Assembly: GCA_965116305.1 (NCBI GenBank)
Contig: OZ220673.1
Span: forward strand, 845,705 to 909,704
Source: Dehalococcoidia bacterium
GTDB taxonomy: Bacteria > Chloroflexota > Dehalococcoidia > Lucifugimonadales > Australimonadaceae
Direction of reading: 5' to 3'
DNA length: 64,000 nucleotides
Under the pieces are notes generated by a model. That model was not told the origin of the DNA, made no database searches, and saw only the letters and a list, made by a program, of their open reading frames with translations. The position numbers and the translations under genes were made by a program. How positions within the stretch are numbered: the stretch's first letter is position 1; every line of letters begins with the position of its first letter. Below are positions 1-10,200 of the stretch, one piece after another.

Positions 1-157
1 CGTAGCCCCACCTGCCGTCGCCGGACCTGATGCGGACGCCATCGCCCTCGTCCATGAACGTCACGCCGTTCTCGGCGAGTTCGCTCCAGTCCTGGGTCGG
101 CATCCAGAGGTGGTTGAGCGCTGCTTCCTGCAGTTCGTCGTGCGGGTTGGTGGTCAT
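1..157 (-). CDS. Class-III PLP aminotransferase, N-terminal part (runs off the window)
   Basis: ATG at 157 with TAAGGAG RBS; translates MTTNPHDELQEAALNHLWMPTQDW...MDEGDGVRIRSGDGR, typical of class-III aminotransferase N-termini. Confidence 0.65.
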   Translation of the reverse strand, partial: MTTNPHDELQEAALNHLWMPTQDWSELAENGVTFMDEGDGVRIRSGDGRWGY

Positions 158-167
158 CGTGTGCTCC

Positions 168-989
168 TTACGGCCCCTGTTCGCCAGCGGGCCTTCCGAG
201 CTGGGGCCACGCGGCGGGCGCCGCTGCGGCCTCCAGGCGCTGTTCGATGGGCAGGCTCTCGTCCCACTTCGAGGCGATGATGCGTCGCCCCGTGAGGCCG
301 TCGGCCTCGTCGGAGGCGAGCCAGACGATGGGCGCGCGCATCACGACGGGCTGGATGAGGGCGTCGCGGTCGCGTACATCGGCGTCCGAGATGAAGTTGG
401 TGTTCGTGGCCCCGCCCGGGATGAGGACGTTCGCGGTGACGCCGGAGCCGTCCAACTGCTTGGCGATGATGGCGATGAACGACTCGTGCGCGGACTTCGA
501 CGGGCCGTAGGGGAGGTTTCGGATCATGGTGTCGAGACTGGTCGTGACGCCGACGATGCGTCCCCAGCCTTGCTCCCGCAGGTGGCCGATGGCGGCGCGC
601 GCCATGAGGAAGGGTCCGTTCGTGTTGACGCTGAGCGCGTGCACCCACTCCTCCGGCGGCAACTCCCAGAACCCGCCAGGGCGGCGGCTGGGCACGCCCG
701 CGTTGTTGATGACGATGTGCAGCCCGCCGAGCCCCGCGATGGTCTCGCTCACGGCACGCTGGGCGTCGTCCCAGCTGTTGACGCTGCCGACGACGGGGAG
801 CGCGCAGCCGTCGCCGCCGATCTCGCGGGCGTCGTTCGCGTTGCGCTCCAACTGGTCGGCGTCGATGTCCATGAGGGCGACACGCGCTCCGGCTCCCGCG
901 AGCGCGAGCGCCATCTCGCGTCCCATGCCCATGGAACTGCCCGCGCCGGTTATGAGCGCGACCTTGCCTTCCAGCGGCTTGTCCGCCAT
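168..989 (-). CDS. SDR family oxidoreductase
   Basis: ITGAGSSMGMG Rossmann motif, NNAG, YGPSK catalytic motif; AGGAGG RBS. Confidence 0.9.
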   Translation of the reverse strand: MADKPLEGKVALITGAGSSMGMGREMALALAGAGARVALMDIDADQLERNANDAREIGGDGCALPVVGSVNSWDDAQRAVSETIAGLGGLHIVINNAGVPSRRPGGFWELPPEEWVHALSVNTNGPFLMARAAIGHLREQGWGRIVGVTTSLDTMIRNLPYGPSKSAHESFIAIIAKQLDGSGVTANVLIPGGATNTNFISDADVRDRDALIQPVVMRAPIVWLASDEADGLTGRRIIASKWDESLPIEQRLEAAAAPAAWPQLGRPAGEQGP

Positions 990-1051
990 GCACGTCCTCC
1001 TACGTCGGGGGTGTCACTCGCAAGCCTATCACGGCGAAGGCACGATGCGGG

Positions 1052-1615
1052 CTATGGCACGACACTGAAGCCCGGAGGCAGCGGCGTGCGTCCCGTCAGG
1101 GCGAAAGCCACCTCGACGGCTCTGTTCTCCCGCACGGCGTAGTCGGCGAGGACGTAGAGCGTGGCGCGGATGCACTCCCGCGGCGGCTCGGCGTCCATCC
1201 CCAACGCGTTGGCAAGATCGACGGTGTGTATCGTCAACTCGGCGATGCGGGTGGGGAGGTAACGCGAGAGCGGACGCACGCCGCCCGGTGTGTGCATGGG
1301 ATGGTCGTCCGGCAGACTCTCTACGAGCGCGAGCACGCGGTCGGTCAGCGTACGCAGCGCGCCTTTGGGGTCGTCGCCGAGGGCACGCCCCGCCTGCCGC
1401 CCGCGCTCCGCGATCTCATCGGGTGTGCCGATGCCGCTTCGTGTCGTTCCCTCGGTGGCGTACTCCTCCGCGAGCAGGATGGCGCGGCTCGTGTGGCCTA
1501 CGAGGTCGCGGACGTTCCAGACGCCGAGCGCCTCGTTCGTCCAGGCATCGTCGGGCACTCGGGACGCCACGTCGAGGAAGAACGCGACCGCTTCGCTGAA
1601 GGTCTCCTTGCTCAT
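1052..1615 (-). CDS. Maleylpyruvate isomerase N-terminal / DinB-like thiol-dependent enzyme
   Basis: WNVRDLVGH and ELTIHTVDLA metal-binding His motifs. Confidence 0.75.
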   Translation of the reverse strand: MSKETFSEAVAFFLDVASRVPDDAWTNEALGVWNVRDLVGHTSRAILLAEEYATEGTTRSGIGTPDEIAERGRQAGRALGDDPKGALRTLTDRVLALVESLPDDHPMHTPGGVRPLSRYLPTRIAELTIHTVDLANALGMDAEPPRECIRATLYVLADYAVRENRAVEVAFALTGRTPLPPGFSVVP

Positions 1616-1630
1616 GTGCTGCCTCCTCCG

Positions 1631-2854
1631 CTACTGGAACACGCCGTCGTCCGACAGGGCGCGGTACTCGTCCTCCGACATGCCGAGCAGTTCGTGCATG
1701 ACGTACTCCGTGTGCTCGCCGAGCAGGGGAGCGCGGCGGTACTCCGGCGCGGCGTCGGAGAGCAGGAAGCAGTTGGCGTCGGAGGCATAGCGCCCCATCT
1801 CCGGGTGGTCCATGAACACGAAGTGGCCGCGATGCGCCTCTTGCGGGTCGTCGAAGAGGTCGCGGCAGTCGCGCACCGCGCCCGCCGGGACGCCTACGGT
1901 CTGGCACGCCTGCATCACCTCGTCCGGCGAGCGGCTGATCGTCCACGCCTCGATGGCGGCGTCGAGTTCGGCCTCGCGCCGCTTGCGCCCGTCGAGGGTC
2001 GCGAGGTCGGGGTCGTCCGCAAGGTCGGGACGGCTTATCGTCTGTGCGATGGCGCGCCACTGGGCGTCGGTGGGGCAGGCGATGGCGCACCAGCGGTCGT
2101 TGCCGTCGCAGCGGTAGACGGCGTGCGGGGCCATGTCGGGGTCGTGGTTGCCGTTGCGCGTCTGGATGCGTCCGTTGGCGAGGTAGTCGAGCACAGGCGG
2201 CCCCGCGAAGTAGAGCGCTGCCTCCAGCTGCGAGAGGTCGAGGTACTGCCCCTGGCCGGTGCGGCGCTTGTGGTCCAGCGCGGCGCAGACGGCGGCGAAC
2301 GCGATGTGCGGGATGAGGAAGTCGGTGTACGCGCCGTAGGGGCTGACGGGAACGCGGTCCGGCCAGCCGGTGAAGTTGGTGTGTCCGGAGAGCGCGGTGA
2401 GCACGGGGCCGAAGCCCGGCTGGGAGTCGTACGGGCCGCCGCGCCCGAGCATGGAGGCGCTGAACATGACGAGGCCGGGGTTGTGCTGCCGGAGCGCGTC
2501 GTAGCCGAGTCCCCACTTCTCCATCGTTCCCGGCGTGAAATTCTCGGTGACGACGTCCGCCCATTCGGTCGCGAGCCGGAACGCGAGTTGACGTGCGCGT
2601 TCGTCGCCCATGTTGAGGCCGAGGCCGAGCTTGCCGCTGTTGTAGTTGGCCCAGTAGCCGCTGCGGTTCGTTCCCGGTCTGCCCTCGGCGAACGGCAGGC
2701 CGTGTCGGATGACGTCGGGGCGCAGGGACGACTCGACGCGCAACACCTCCGCGCCGAAGTCGCTGAAGTAGCGCGTCGTCATGGGGCCGATAACGACCCA
2801 GCAGAAGTCGAGGACGCGCAGCCCCTCGAACGGTCCGGCGGATGGTTGGGTCAT
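1631..2854 (-). CDS. Family III CoA-transferase (CaiB/BaiF), catalytic subunit
   Basis: GLRVLDF, ENFTPG, PYGAYTD with the catalytic Asp, APLLGEHT. Confidence 0.9.
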   Translation of the reverse strand: MTQPSAGPFEGLRVLDFCWVVIGPMTTRYFSDFGAEVLRVESSLRPDVIRHGLPFAEGRPGTNRSGYWANYNSGKLGLGLNMGDERARQLAFRLATEWADVVTENFTPGTMEKWGLGYDALRQHNPGLVMFSASMLGRGGPYDSQPGFGPVLTALSGHTNFTGWPDRVPVSPYGAYTDFLIPHIAFAAVCAALDHKRRTGQGQYLDLSQLEAALYFAGPPVLDYLANGRIQTRNGNHDPDMAPHAVYRCDGNDRWCAIACPTDAQWRAIAQTISRPDLADDPDLATLDGRKRREAELDAAIEAWTISRSPDEVMQACQTVGVPAGAVRDCRDLFDDPQEAHRGHFVFMDHPEMGRYASDANCFLLSDAAPEYRRAPLLGEHTEYVMHELLGMSEDEYRALSDDGVFQ

Positions 2855-4080
2855 CGCACTGCCCCCGATGCGCGCAGGTCTGCTATCTCATCTGGCGAGA
2901 GGCCAACGCTCGTCAACACTTCCTCCGTGTGCTCGCCGAGCCTCGGCGCGCGGCGGAGCTGCAGCGGGCGCTCGCTCGACTTTACCCACGGGCCGAGGGT
3001 CGTCATCGTGCCGCCGTCGGGCGCCTCGGTTTCCCGGAAGAAGCCGCGCGCCGCGAGTTGCGGATAGGAGCAGACGTCGGCGGGGTCGTTCACGGGGAAG
3101 AGGAGGACGCGCCGCTTGATCGCTTCCTCGGAGAGGTAGCGCTTCGTGCGGGAGCGGAAGAACGACTCCAGTGTCTCGCTCATCGCGTCGAGCACGTCGT
3201 CGGGCAGTTGGCCGAAGCCGTACGCGCCGAAGTCGGTCTCGTTGAGGAGCGGGTGGCCCTCGCCGTGCTCGTCCATCCACGCGCAGAGGGCGGCCATGCC
3301 GCGCCCGCCGGTCGCGCCGCCGGGCTGGATGTAGTTGACGTAGCCGTCGGCGCACTCGAAGTTCACGCGCAGGTTGCGCCCGTCGCCGATGGGGCGGAAG
3401 GGGCCGGAGCGCTTGAGGATGATCTCGTTCATGTCCCAGAACTGCGGGGCGTGCGAGAGCGTGCGGGTGAGCGCCTGCTGGCACGAGACGTCGACGCGCT
3501 GGCCGCGTCCGGTGCGGAGGCGGTGTGCGTGCGCCGTCATCGCGCCCGCCGCCCCCGCCGCGCCGCCCAGCGTCCAGAACTGCGGCACGCTCACGCGCAG
3601 CGGCGGACGGTCCGGGTCGCCAGTGAGGTAGGCGAACCCGCTGAGGGCCGAGCCGGTGAGGTCGGTCGCGGCGAAGTCGCGGTACGGGCCGTCCTGCCCG
3701 AACGGCGTTATCGAGACGTAGATGAGCGCGGGGTTGAGCGCGCGGACGTCGTCGTAGCCGAGACCGAGCGCGTCGAGGTAGCCGGGGCGGAACGACTCGA
3801 CGAGGAAGTCGGCGGAGGCGATGAGGCGTCGCAGGGCGTCGCGCGCGGCGGCATCCGCTTCGATGTCGATCGCGGCGCTCTTCTTGTTCGCGGCGTAGAG
3901 CTGCCAGAAGAGGCTGTTCTCGACGCCGGGCTCGTCGCGGTAGAAGGGGCCGATGCGCCGTGCAGGGTCGCCGGCGGGAGGCTCGACCTTGATCACCTCC
4001 GCGCCAAGGTCTGCGAGGACGCGCCCGCAGAAGATGCCCCGGTCGTCGGCGAGGTCTATGACGCGGTACGGGGAGAGCAT
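2851..4080 (-). CDS. Family III CoA-transferase, second subunit (probably non-catalytic)
   Basis: Start trimmed to MLSPYRVIDL (ATG 4080); LADLGAEVIKVEPP, APRLGEHT; 4-nt overlap with the downstream paralog. Confidence 0.85.
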   Translation of the reverse strand: MLSPYRVIDLADDRGIFCGRVLADLGAEVIKVEPPAGDPARRIGPFYRDEPGVENSLFWQLYAANKKSAAIDIEADAAARDALRRLIASADFLVESFRPGYLDALGLGYDDVRALNPALIYVSITPFGQDGPYRDFAATDLTGSALSGFAYLTGDPDRPPLRVSVPQFWTLGGAAGAAGAMTAHAHRLRTGRGQRVDVSCQQALTRTLSHAPQFWDMNEIILKRSGPFRPIGDGRNLRVNFECADGYVNYIQPGGATGGRGMAALCAWMDEHGEGHPLLNETDFGAYGFGQLPDDVLDAMSETLESFFRSRTKRYLSEEAIKRRVLLFPVNDPADVCSYPQLAARGFFRETEAPDGGTMTTLGPWVKSSERPLQLRRAPRLGEHTEEVLTSVGLSPDEIADLRASGAVR

Positions 4081-4097
4081 CGGCAGGGCAGGCCCGG

Positions 4098-5210
4098 CTA
4101 GAGGCCGAGCGCCCCGGCGAGCCTGCGGCGGTGGTAGCGGGGGCTGCCGAGGTGGTGGTAGAGGGTGCGGGACATGCGGGTGTGCAGGGTGAGGCCGTAC
4201 TCGCGGACGATGCCGACGCCCGCGTGTACGTCGTGCGCGGCGTTGCAGGCGAGGTAGTAGCCCTCGCTCGCGAGCGCGGCGGCCATGTGCACGCCGCTTT
4301 CTGCCGGACGCCCGGTGTCGAGCTTCCACAGCGCTTCGCAGGTCGTCCAGCGGGCGGCGTCGAGGTGGTTCACGATGTCGATGATGTGGTCCTGCACGCG
4401 CTGGAATCGTCCGATGGGCTGCTGGAACTGGCGGCGCGTCCGGCTGTACTCCAGGCACATCTGGAAGACGCTCTCCAGTCCGCCGACCTGGTACGCGGAG
4501 AGGACGGCGGTCGCCTTGAGCATCGCGCGCTCGAACGCGTCCCAGCCGTCCGGCGCGCCGCCGAGCAGCGCATCCTCGCCGACGGCGACACCGTTCAGCC
4601 TGACCTCGCCGAGGCCGGTCGAGAGTCCGCTGAGCGTCCTGCACGCGACGCCAGGCGCATCCGCCGGGATGATGAAGAGCGCGACGTTCTCGCCGCCGGT
4701 GCGCGCCGCGACGAGCAGGTGGGTCGCCTGCACGGCGTCCGGGACGTGGAGCTTCACGCCGCTGAGCGTGTAGCCGTTCGACGTTCGCTCGGCGGTCATC
4801 TGCACGTCGCCGCGCTCCCAGCCGTACTCGGGCTCGGTGACGGCGACGGCGAACACCTGGTCGCCTGCTGCGATGGCGGGCAGGTGCGCGCCCTGCTGTT
4901 CGTCGCTGCCGCACTCCTGCAGGACGAGCGCCGCGAAGACGCCGGACGAGAAGTGCGCGCCGGGCACGGGGCCTCTGCCGAGCTCCTCGAACAGGACACT
5001 CGCGTCGCCGAACGAGCCGCCAACGCCGCCGTGCTCCTCCGGCACGAGGCTGCCGAGCAGGCCCGTGGAGGCGAGGGCGGACCATCCCTGCGCCACGTCA
5101 ACTGTTCCGGCGTCGATGGAGACGAGCGTTTCCTTGGTGAAGTCGCGGCGCAGCAGGTCCTGGATGGTGGACTGCAGCATGCGCTGCTGTTCGTTCAGGA
5201 GCAGGTCCAT
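4098..5210 (-). CDS. Acyl-CoA dehydrogenase, short subunit of a heteromeric pair
   Basis: Start trimmed to MDLLLNEQQ (ATG 5210); RRQFQQPIGRFQ, HAGVGI. Confidence 0.85.
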   Translation of the reverse strand: MDLLLNEQQRMLQSTIQDLLRRDFTKETLVSIDAGTVDVAQGWSALASTGLLGSLVPEEHGGVGGSFGDASVLFEELGRGPVPGAHFSSGVFAALVLQECGSDEQQGAHLPAIAAGDQVFAVAVTEPEYGWERGDVQMTAERTSNGYTLSGVKLHVPDAVQATHLLVAARTGGENVALFIIPADAPGVACRTLSGLSTGLGEVRLNGVAVGEDALLGGAPDGWDAFERAMLKATAVLSAYQVGGLESVFQMCLEYSRTRRQFQQPIGRFQRVQDHIIDIVNHLDAARWTTCEALWKLDTGRPAESGVHMAAALASEGYYLACNAAHDVHAGVGIVREYGLTLHTRMSRTLYHHLGSPRYHRRRLAGALGL

Positions 5211-5212
5211 CG

Positions 5213-6448
5213 CTAGCGCAGCCTCCCCGGCTCCTCCCGCACGTCGCGCCCGATGCCGAGCCGCCGCGCGATGATGACGCGCTGTATCTCGGCGGTGCCG
5301 CCGGGGTGCTGGTCGACGATGGAACCGCGCTGGTGCACCTCGACGTGGCCGTCGGCGACGGCCCACTCGTCGGGCGCTTCGACGAGCGCCTGCGGGCCCA
5401 TCACGTCCAGCACGGCGCGCGCCTTGGAGAGCTGGCCGCGCTTCTGGTAGAGGTACGCCTGCGCGCCCTCGTAGGTGAGTTGCCTTCCCTGGCCGCGCCA
5501 GGCGTAGTTGCGGAAGTGCAGCAGGCGCGTCACCTCCGCGTCGATGTAGAAGTCGACGAGGCGGTCGCGTACGTCCTGGTCCTCCAGGAGCGGCCTGCCG
5601 CCGCGCTTCGCGTTGCGGGCGTAGTCGAACACGCGCTCGGTGAGCGGGTCGTCGCGGACGGCGCTGCGGAGCAGGCCGTGCTCGATCTCCAGGTGCGTTC
5701 CGGCGACCTTCCAGCCGTTGCCCTCGCCGCCGACGAGGTTGAACGCGGGTACGCGGACGTTGTCGAAGTAGACCGTGTTCTTGATGCCGCTCGCGGCCCC
5801 GCGCTCGCCGCCGACGAAGAGGAGGTCCATCTGCTCGACGGTGATGCCGGGCAGGTCCATCGGCATCATCAGCCAGCCGAGGTTCTCGTGGCGCGGGGCG
5901 TCCGGGTCGGTCACGACGATCATCCACGAGTACTCGGCGCCGTGACTGCTGCCGACGAATATCTTGGTGCCGTTGACGACGTACTCGTCGCCGTCGCGGA
6001 TGGCCGTCGTGCGGACGCTCGCGAGGTCGGAGCCGGACTCGGGCTCGGTGAGCAGCTGCCAGGTGCGTATCTCGCCGCGCAGGATCATGGGGAGGAAGTG
6101 GGCCTTCTGCTCCTCGGTGCCCCACACGAGGATAGCGACGCCGCCGAGCTTGCCGCCGGTGTCGTAGTAGGGCGGCAGGGGCATGTTGTAGCGGTCGAGC
6201 TCCTCCTCCAGCGCCATGGCGAGCTCCATGGAGAGCCCGCCGCCGCCGTACTCGGCGGGCATCGTGGGGTAGAGCCAGCCCTTTGCGCCCAGCCTGCGCC
6301 CGAACTCGCGCTGGAGCTCGTACTCCTCGCGGGTGAGGTTCGCCGGGTCGGGGTGGTCGGGGATGTCGGGGACGTTCGTTTCGATCCAGGCGCGCGCCTC
6401 CTTGCGGAACGCGTCCTGCTCAGGCGTCCATTCGAGTTCGAAGTCCAT
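5213..6448 (-). CDS. Acyl-CoA dehydrogenase
   Basis: LTEPESGSDLA, NGTKIF, GGTAEIQRVIIA. Confidence 0.9.
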   Translation of the reverse strand: MDFELEWTPEQDAFRKEARAWIETNVPDIPDHPDPANLTREEYELQREFGRRLGAKGWLYPTMPAEYGGGGLSMELAMALEEELDRYNMPLPPYYDTGGKLGGVAILVWGTEEQKAHFLPMILRGEIRTWQLLTEPESGSDLASVRTTAIRDGDEYVVNGTKIFVGSSHGAEYSWMIVVTDPDAPRHENLGWLMMPMDLPGITVEQMDLLFVGGERGAASGIKNTVYFDNVRVPAFNLVGGEGNGWKVAGTHLEIEHGLLRSAVRDDPLTERVFDYARNAKRGGRPLLEDQDVRDRLVDFYIDAEVTRLLHFRNYAWRGQGRQLTYEGAQAYLYQKRGQLSKARAVLDVMGPQALVEAPDEWAVADGHVEVHQRGSIVDQHPGGTAEIQRVIIARRLGIGRDVREEPGRLR

Positions 6449-6491
6449 GGCAGGCGGATGTTAGCAGATGGCAGGCGTGGGGAAGGGATGG

Positions 6492-6869
6492 CTAGGCAGC
6501 GAGCGGTTCGATGGTCACGGCGCCGCCGTCGACCACGTCCAGCGTGACGCGGCTGCCTGTAAGCAATCGCATCCCGATGAGGGGTTTGTCACCCATCTCG
6601 AACACTCGAATGATGTGCCGTTCGCCATGCCAGACCACTGAGGCAGTGTAGGCGTTCTGCATCTGTGTGGTACCGTCTGCCAGCGTTACTCTCCTTCTGC
6701 CTCGGTTAGTCAGCCCGAGTTGGCGGACGACGGCAGAAGGCAGCACTACGTACCCAGTGAACCCGGTGTCCAGCACGGACAGACATGGCTGCGTTGCGCC
6801 CGCACTGTCCTCGATGGACAGGGGCACGAACGCCTCCCATCCCCGCACCGTCCCACTAATCATGGTCAT
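6492..6869 (-). CDS. Clan AA (retropepsin-like) aspartic protease
   Basis: LDTGFTG catalytic motif and LIGMRLL C-terminal motif; start may be 6863. Confidence 0.8.
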   Translation of the reverse strand: MTMISGTVRGWEAFVPLSIEDSAGATQPCLSVLDTGFTGYVVLPSAVVRQLGLTNRGRRRVTLADGTTQMQNAYTASVVWHGERHIIRVFEMGDKPLIGMRLLTGSRVTLDVVDGGAVTIEPLAA

Positions 6870-7131
6870 CCGGAATCAGCCCTCCGCCGAAACCCTCTAC
6901 TCCCTTGTAGCCGATGCGCTCTCCCCAGGTGCGCGCGTTGGGGCGGCGGGCCAGGAGCTTGGTGGTCGCCTCAAGGTCTTCGTCGTCGACCTCGTAATCA
7001 CCGCTGTCGACGTCAATGACAACTACCTTGCCCTTCATCGCAGGGTAGACGAGCGGGCGTATCTTCTTTCGGTAGATCTCCTCACCGAGGGCGTCTACGC
7101 TTCTGTGCAGGAACGGCAGCCTGATGTTCAT
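6856..7131 (-). CDS. Small hypothetical protein upstream of the aspartic protease (DUF5678-like)
   Basis: ATG 7131 with GAGGAG RBS; GEEIY...GKVVVIDVDSGDYEVD...ERIGY pattern; overlaps the protease start. Confidence 0.65.
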   Translation of the reverse strand: MNIRLPFLHRSVDALGEEIYRKKIRPLVYPAMKGKVVVIDVDSGDYEVDDEDLEATTKLLARRPNARTWGERIGYKGVEGFGGGLIPDDHD

Positions 7132-7274
7132 GCGCTCCTCCGACAACAACCGTCACCACGAGTGTAGAGCGCGCTCAAATAAGGGGCAATGACCGCGTGT
7201 CACACATAAAGGGCTACCCCGCGCCGGGAACGCAGGCACGGGACAGTTCTTCGGCTGGCGTACTCGTATCGCCC

Positions 7275-10200
7275 CTACAGCGTGATCTTCTTGTACAGCT
7301 GCGGCAGGCGGCGGGGGAGTTCCATGATGTCCGGCAGCACCTCGTAGTTGAGGTCGCCGGTCATGGTGCGGAGGTAGTCGTGGCCGTTGCGGTCGACGGT
7401 GAGACAGAACGGCGTGATGTCGATGTTGCGCGCCTCCATGAGGGCCATGCGCGTGTCCTGCACGGCGTACTCCTTCTCGACGCCTTCGCGTGAGTAGCCG
7501 CGGTCCTGCGGGCGGCCGTCGCTGATGACGAACATGAACTTGGTCTTGGCGTCCACGTTGGCCAGTTTGGTGGTGGCGTGGCGTATCGCCGGGCCCATGC
7601 GCGTGGCGTGGAGCGGGGCGACCTTGTCCATCCGGCGCTTCACGCGGTCAGAGAAGAGCTCCTCGACCTCCTTGATGACGTAGAACTCGACGTTCTCACG
7701 CCCGAAGCCCGAGAAGCCGTAGACGCCGTAGCGGTCGCCGATAGTCTCCAGCGCATTCATCAGCAGCACCATCGACTCCTTCTCGACGTCGATGATGCGC
7801 TTGTAGGGACGGCGGGCGGTCTCGCCCCTGCGGGCGCGGAGCCACGCGGTGTAGGCGACCGGGTCGCCGGGGGCGTTCCAGTCGGACTCGCGTGAACTCT
7901 CCTCGACTGCCTCGGCGGTTGAGGCGCTCATGTCGAGCAGGAATACGACTGCGACGTCGCGCTCGTCCTTGTTGCGGCGCCAGTAGATGCGCTCGTCCGG
8001 CGTCATGTTGTTCCGCAGGTCGATGAGCGCCTCGATGCCTGCGTCGAGGTCGACGTCTTCGCCCTCCGGCAGGCGCTTCACCTTGCGGTACATCTCCGGT
8101 CGGACGGACTCGAACTGTCGCCTGATCTGCTCGATGAGCCCGGCGTAGGAGTGCATCGTCTCGTTGTAGAAGGCGGTCTCGCCGGAGACGGCGAGACGCT
8201 CCTGCACGATACACCAGCGCGGACGGTAGTCGTTGGCGCGGAAGTCCCACTCGTCGTAAGCGTACGAGCGAGGCTCGAGCGCTTCGAGCGGCCCGCCTTC
8301 CTCGTCTACGTGGGGTATCTGGTTGTAGCCGGAGCCTGCGGGGTTCTGCGGAGCGTCCGCGCCCATCTCCTTCATCATGTTGGCGGCGACGGTGGTCACC
8401 TCGGCGTCGTCGGCGAAGTCGATCTCCGTGGACTCGCGCAGCGCCTGCTCGAGTTCGGCCTGCGATATGCCCTGGGCGCTCTCGGAGCCGTCTTCTTCGC
8501 CGGGCTCGGCCTGCCCGCGCATCTGGGCGAGCAGCTGTACCATCTCCGGCTTGAAGTCGCCGCGGTAGTCGACGTCGTCCGGCGATTCGTACTCGTCGCC
8601 CGACGCCTCCTCCTGCGCCTCCTCAGCTTCGGCGCGCAGGCGCTCGACGATCTCTTCGAGCGTCGGTTCGTCGAACCCGGCGTTGGAGAGGTCGGCGTCC
8701 TCCCAGTCGTCCAGCGGCACGAATGCATTGGGCACCTGGGAGAGCGCGTAGTACATGCGAAGCGCGGCCTCGGCGGAGTCCTCAACCGTGGCGTCACGGT
8801 TGCGCACGCTGCGCAGCAGACCGGCGAGCTGCCGCGCCTGTGCGGCGTACATGGAGGGGATGCGGGTGTTGGTCTGCCCGAGGCTCTGCCGGATGAGCAT
8901 CTCCATGAGCGCCTGCTGGGCCGGCATCATCTCGATGGGGCCGCGCGACGCGAGGGCGTCGTTCTGCACGCGCTCGTAGCTCGGCGCGAGTCCGCGGTAC
9001 TGCTCCACGATGCGTTGGTCTATGCGGGCGCTCTCCGTGGTTGAGAAGAGATCGGCGGCCATCGCGCGGACCGGGAAGAGGTCGAAGAACGAGGCGACCT
9101 CGGTCGTGCCCGGAATCGCGCCGAGACCCTCTGCGACGCCCTCGCGGTAGTCGTTGAACCCTGCTGAGGGTGCGTGGAAGTCGAAGTCGAAGCTCTGGAA
9201 CTCAAGGTGTCCCACCTGGTGCGTGGTGACGACCTTGAGCCATGCGAAGTTCTCGCTCTTGGTATCGCGCAGATCGACCGTGGGCGGCAGGAAGACGCTC
9301 TTGCCATCGGTCGTGGCGAACTCGACCGACACCCAGCCGATGTTGCGGTGCGTGATGTCGGTCGATTCCTGCAGTTCGACCTCGGTGCCGGCGAGCGCGT
9401 TGGAGTACATGCGGAGGAGTCCGTGCACCTTCTCCAACTCGATGCTGGACGAGAGCTGGTCGAGCAGCGTCTCGGCGCGCGCGGACTCGAGCCGGAAGTA
9501 GGCGATGCCCGCGTCCGGGTTCTCCTTCAGGAACTCGAGGCCGCGCCCGAACCAGGTGTCCAGCTGCGCGGGGCTGATGCGGTCGAGCACACTGGGCGCG
9601 GTGCGCAGGAAGGCGCTGACGGCCTCGGCGGAGGTGTCGGCGAGGTCTTCCGCGCGCTCCAGCACCATCGTCTGCAACTCCTGGGGAAGCAGGCCGAGCG
9701 ACTGCGCGCTCTCGACCATGAAGGCGGAGACGTTGCCGAGCCCCTGGCGCGCGAGCCGCTCGCTGAGCGCGAAGTAGCGCGGGCGCAGGCGGCGGTCGAC
9801 GCTGTTGCCGACGCGGGTCGCGGCCTCGAACGAGCCGCGCACCTCGCGCCAGCTCGTTTCGGCGAGCACCTTGGCGAGCGAGATCAGCTCCTCGCGCTCG
9901 CTGACGGCGGGCAGAACGCGCTGGCCGAGCACGAGCGCCTCGGCGGCGAGGTCGTAGGAGCGGCTCGCAAGGGTCTGCACGAGTGAGACGAACAGCTGCA
10001 GCTCGTGGAAGTTGACCTGCTGCACGAGTTCGTCGCTGACGTCGAAGAAGCGCGCCGCGAGGCTGGACGATTTCCATGTGCCCTTGGAGAGCCCGCGTCC
10101 GAGCCCGGCCCATCCGGCGATGTGGCGCGGCGCGAGGGTGGGGAGGACGCGCGGGCTGGCACGGAAGAACGACGCCGCGATGACGGGCGCCTCAGCGGTG

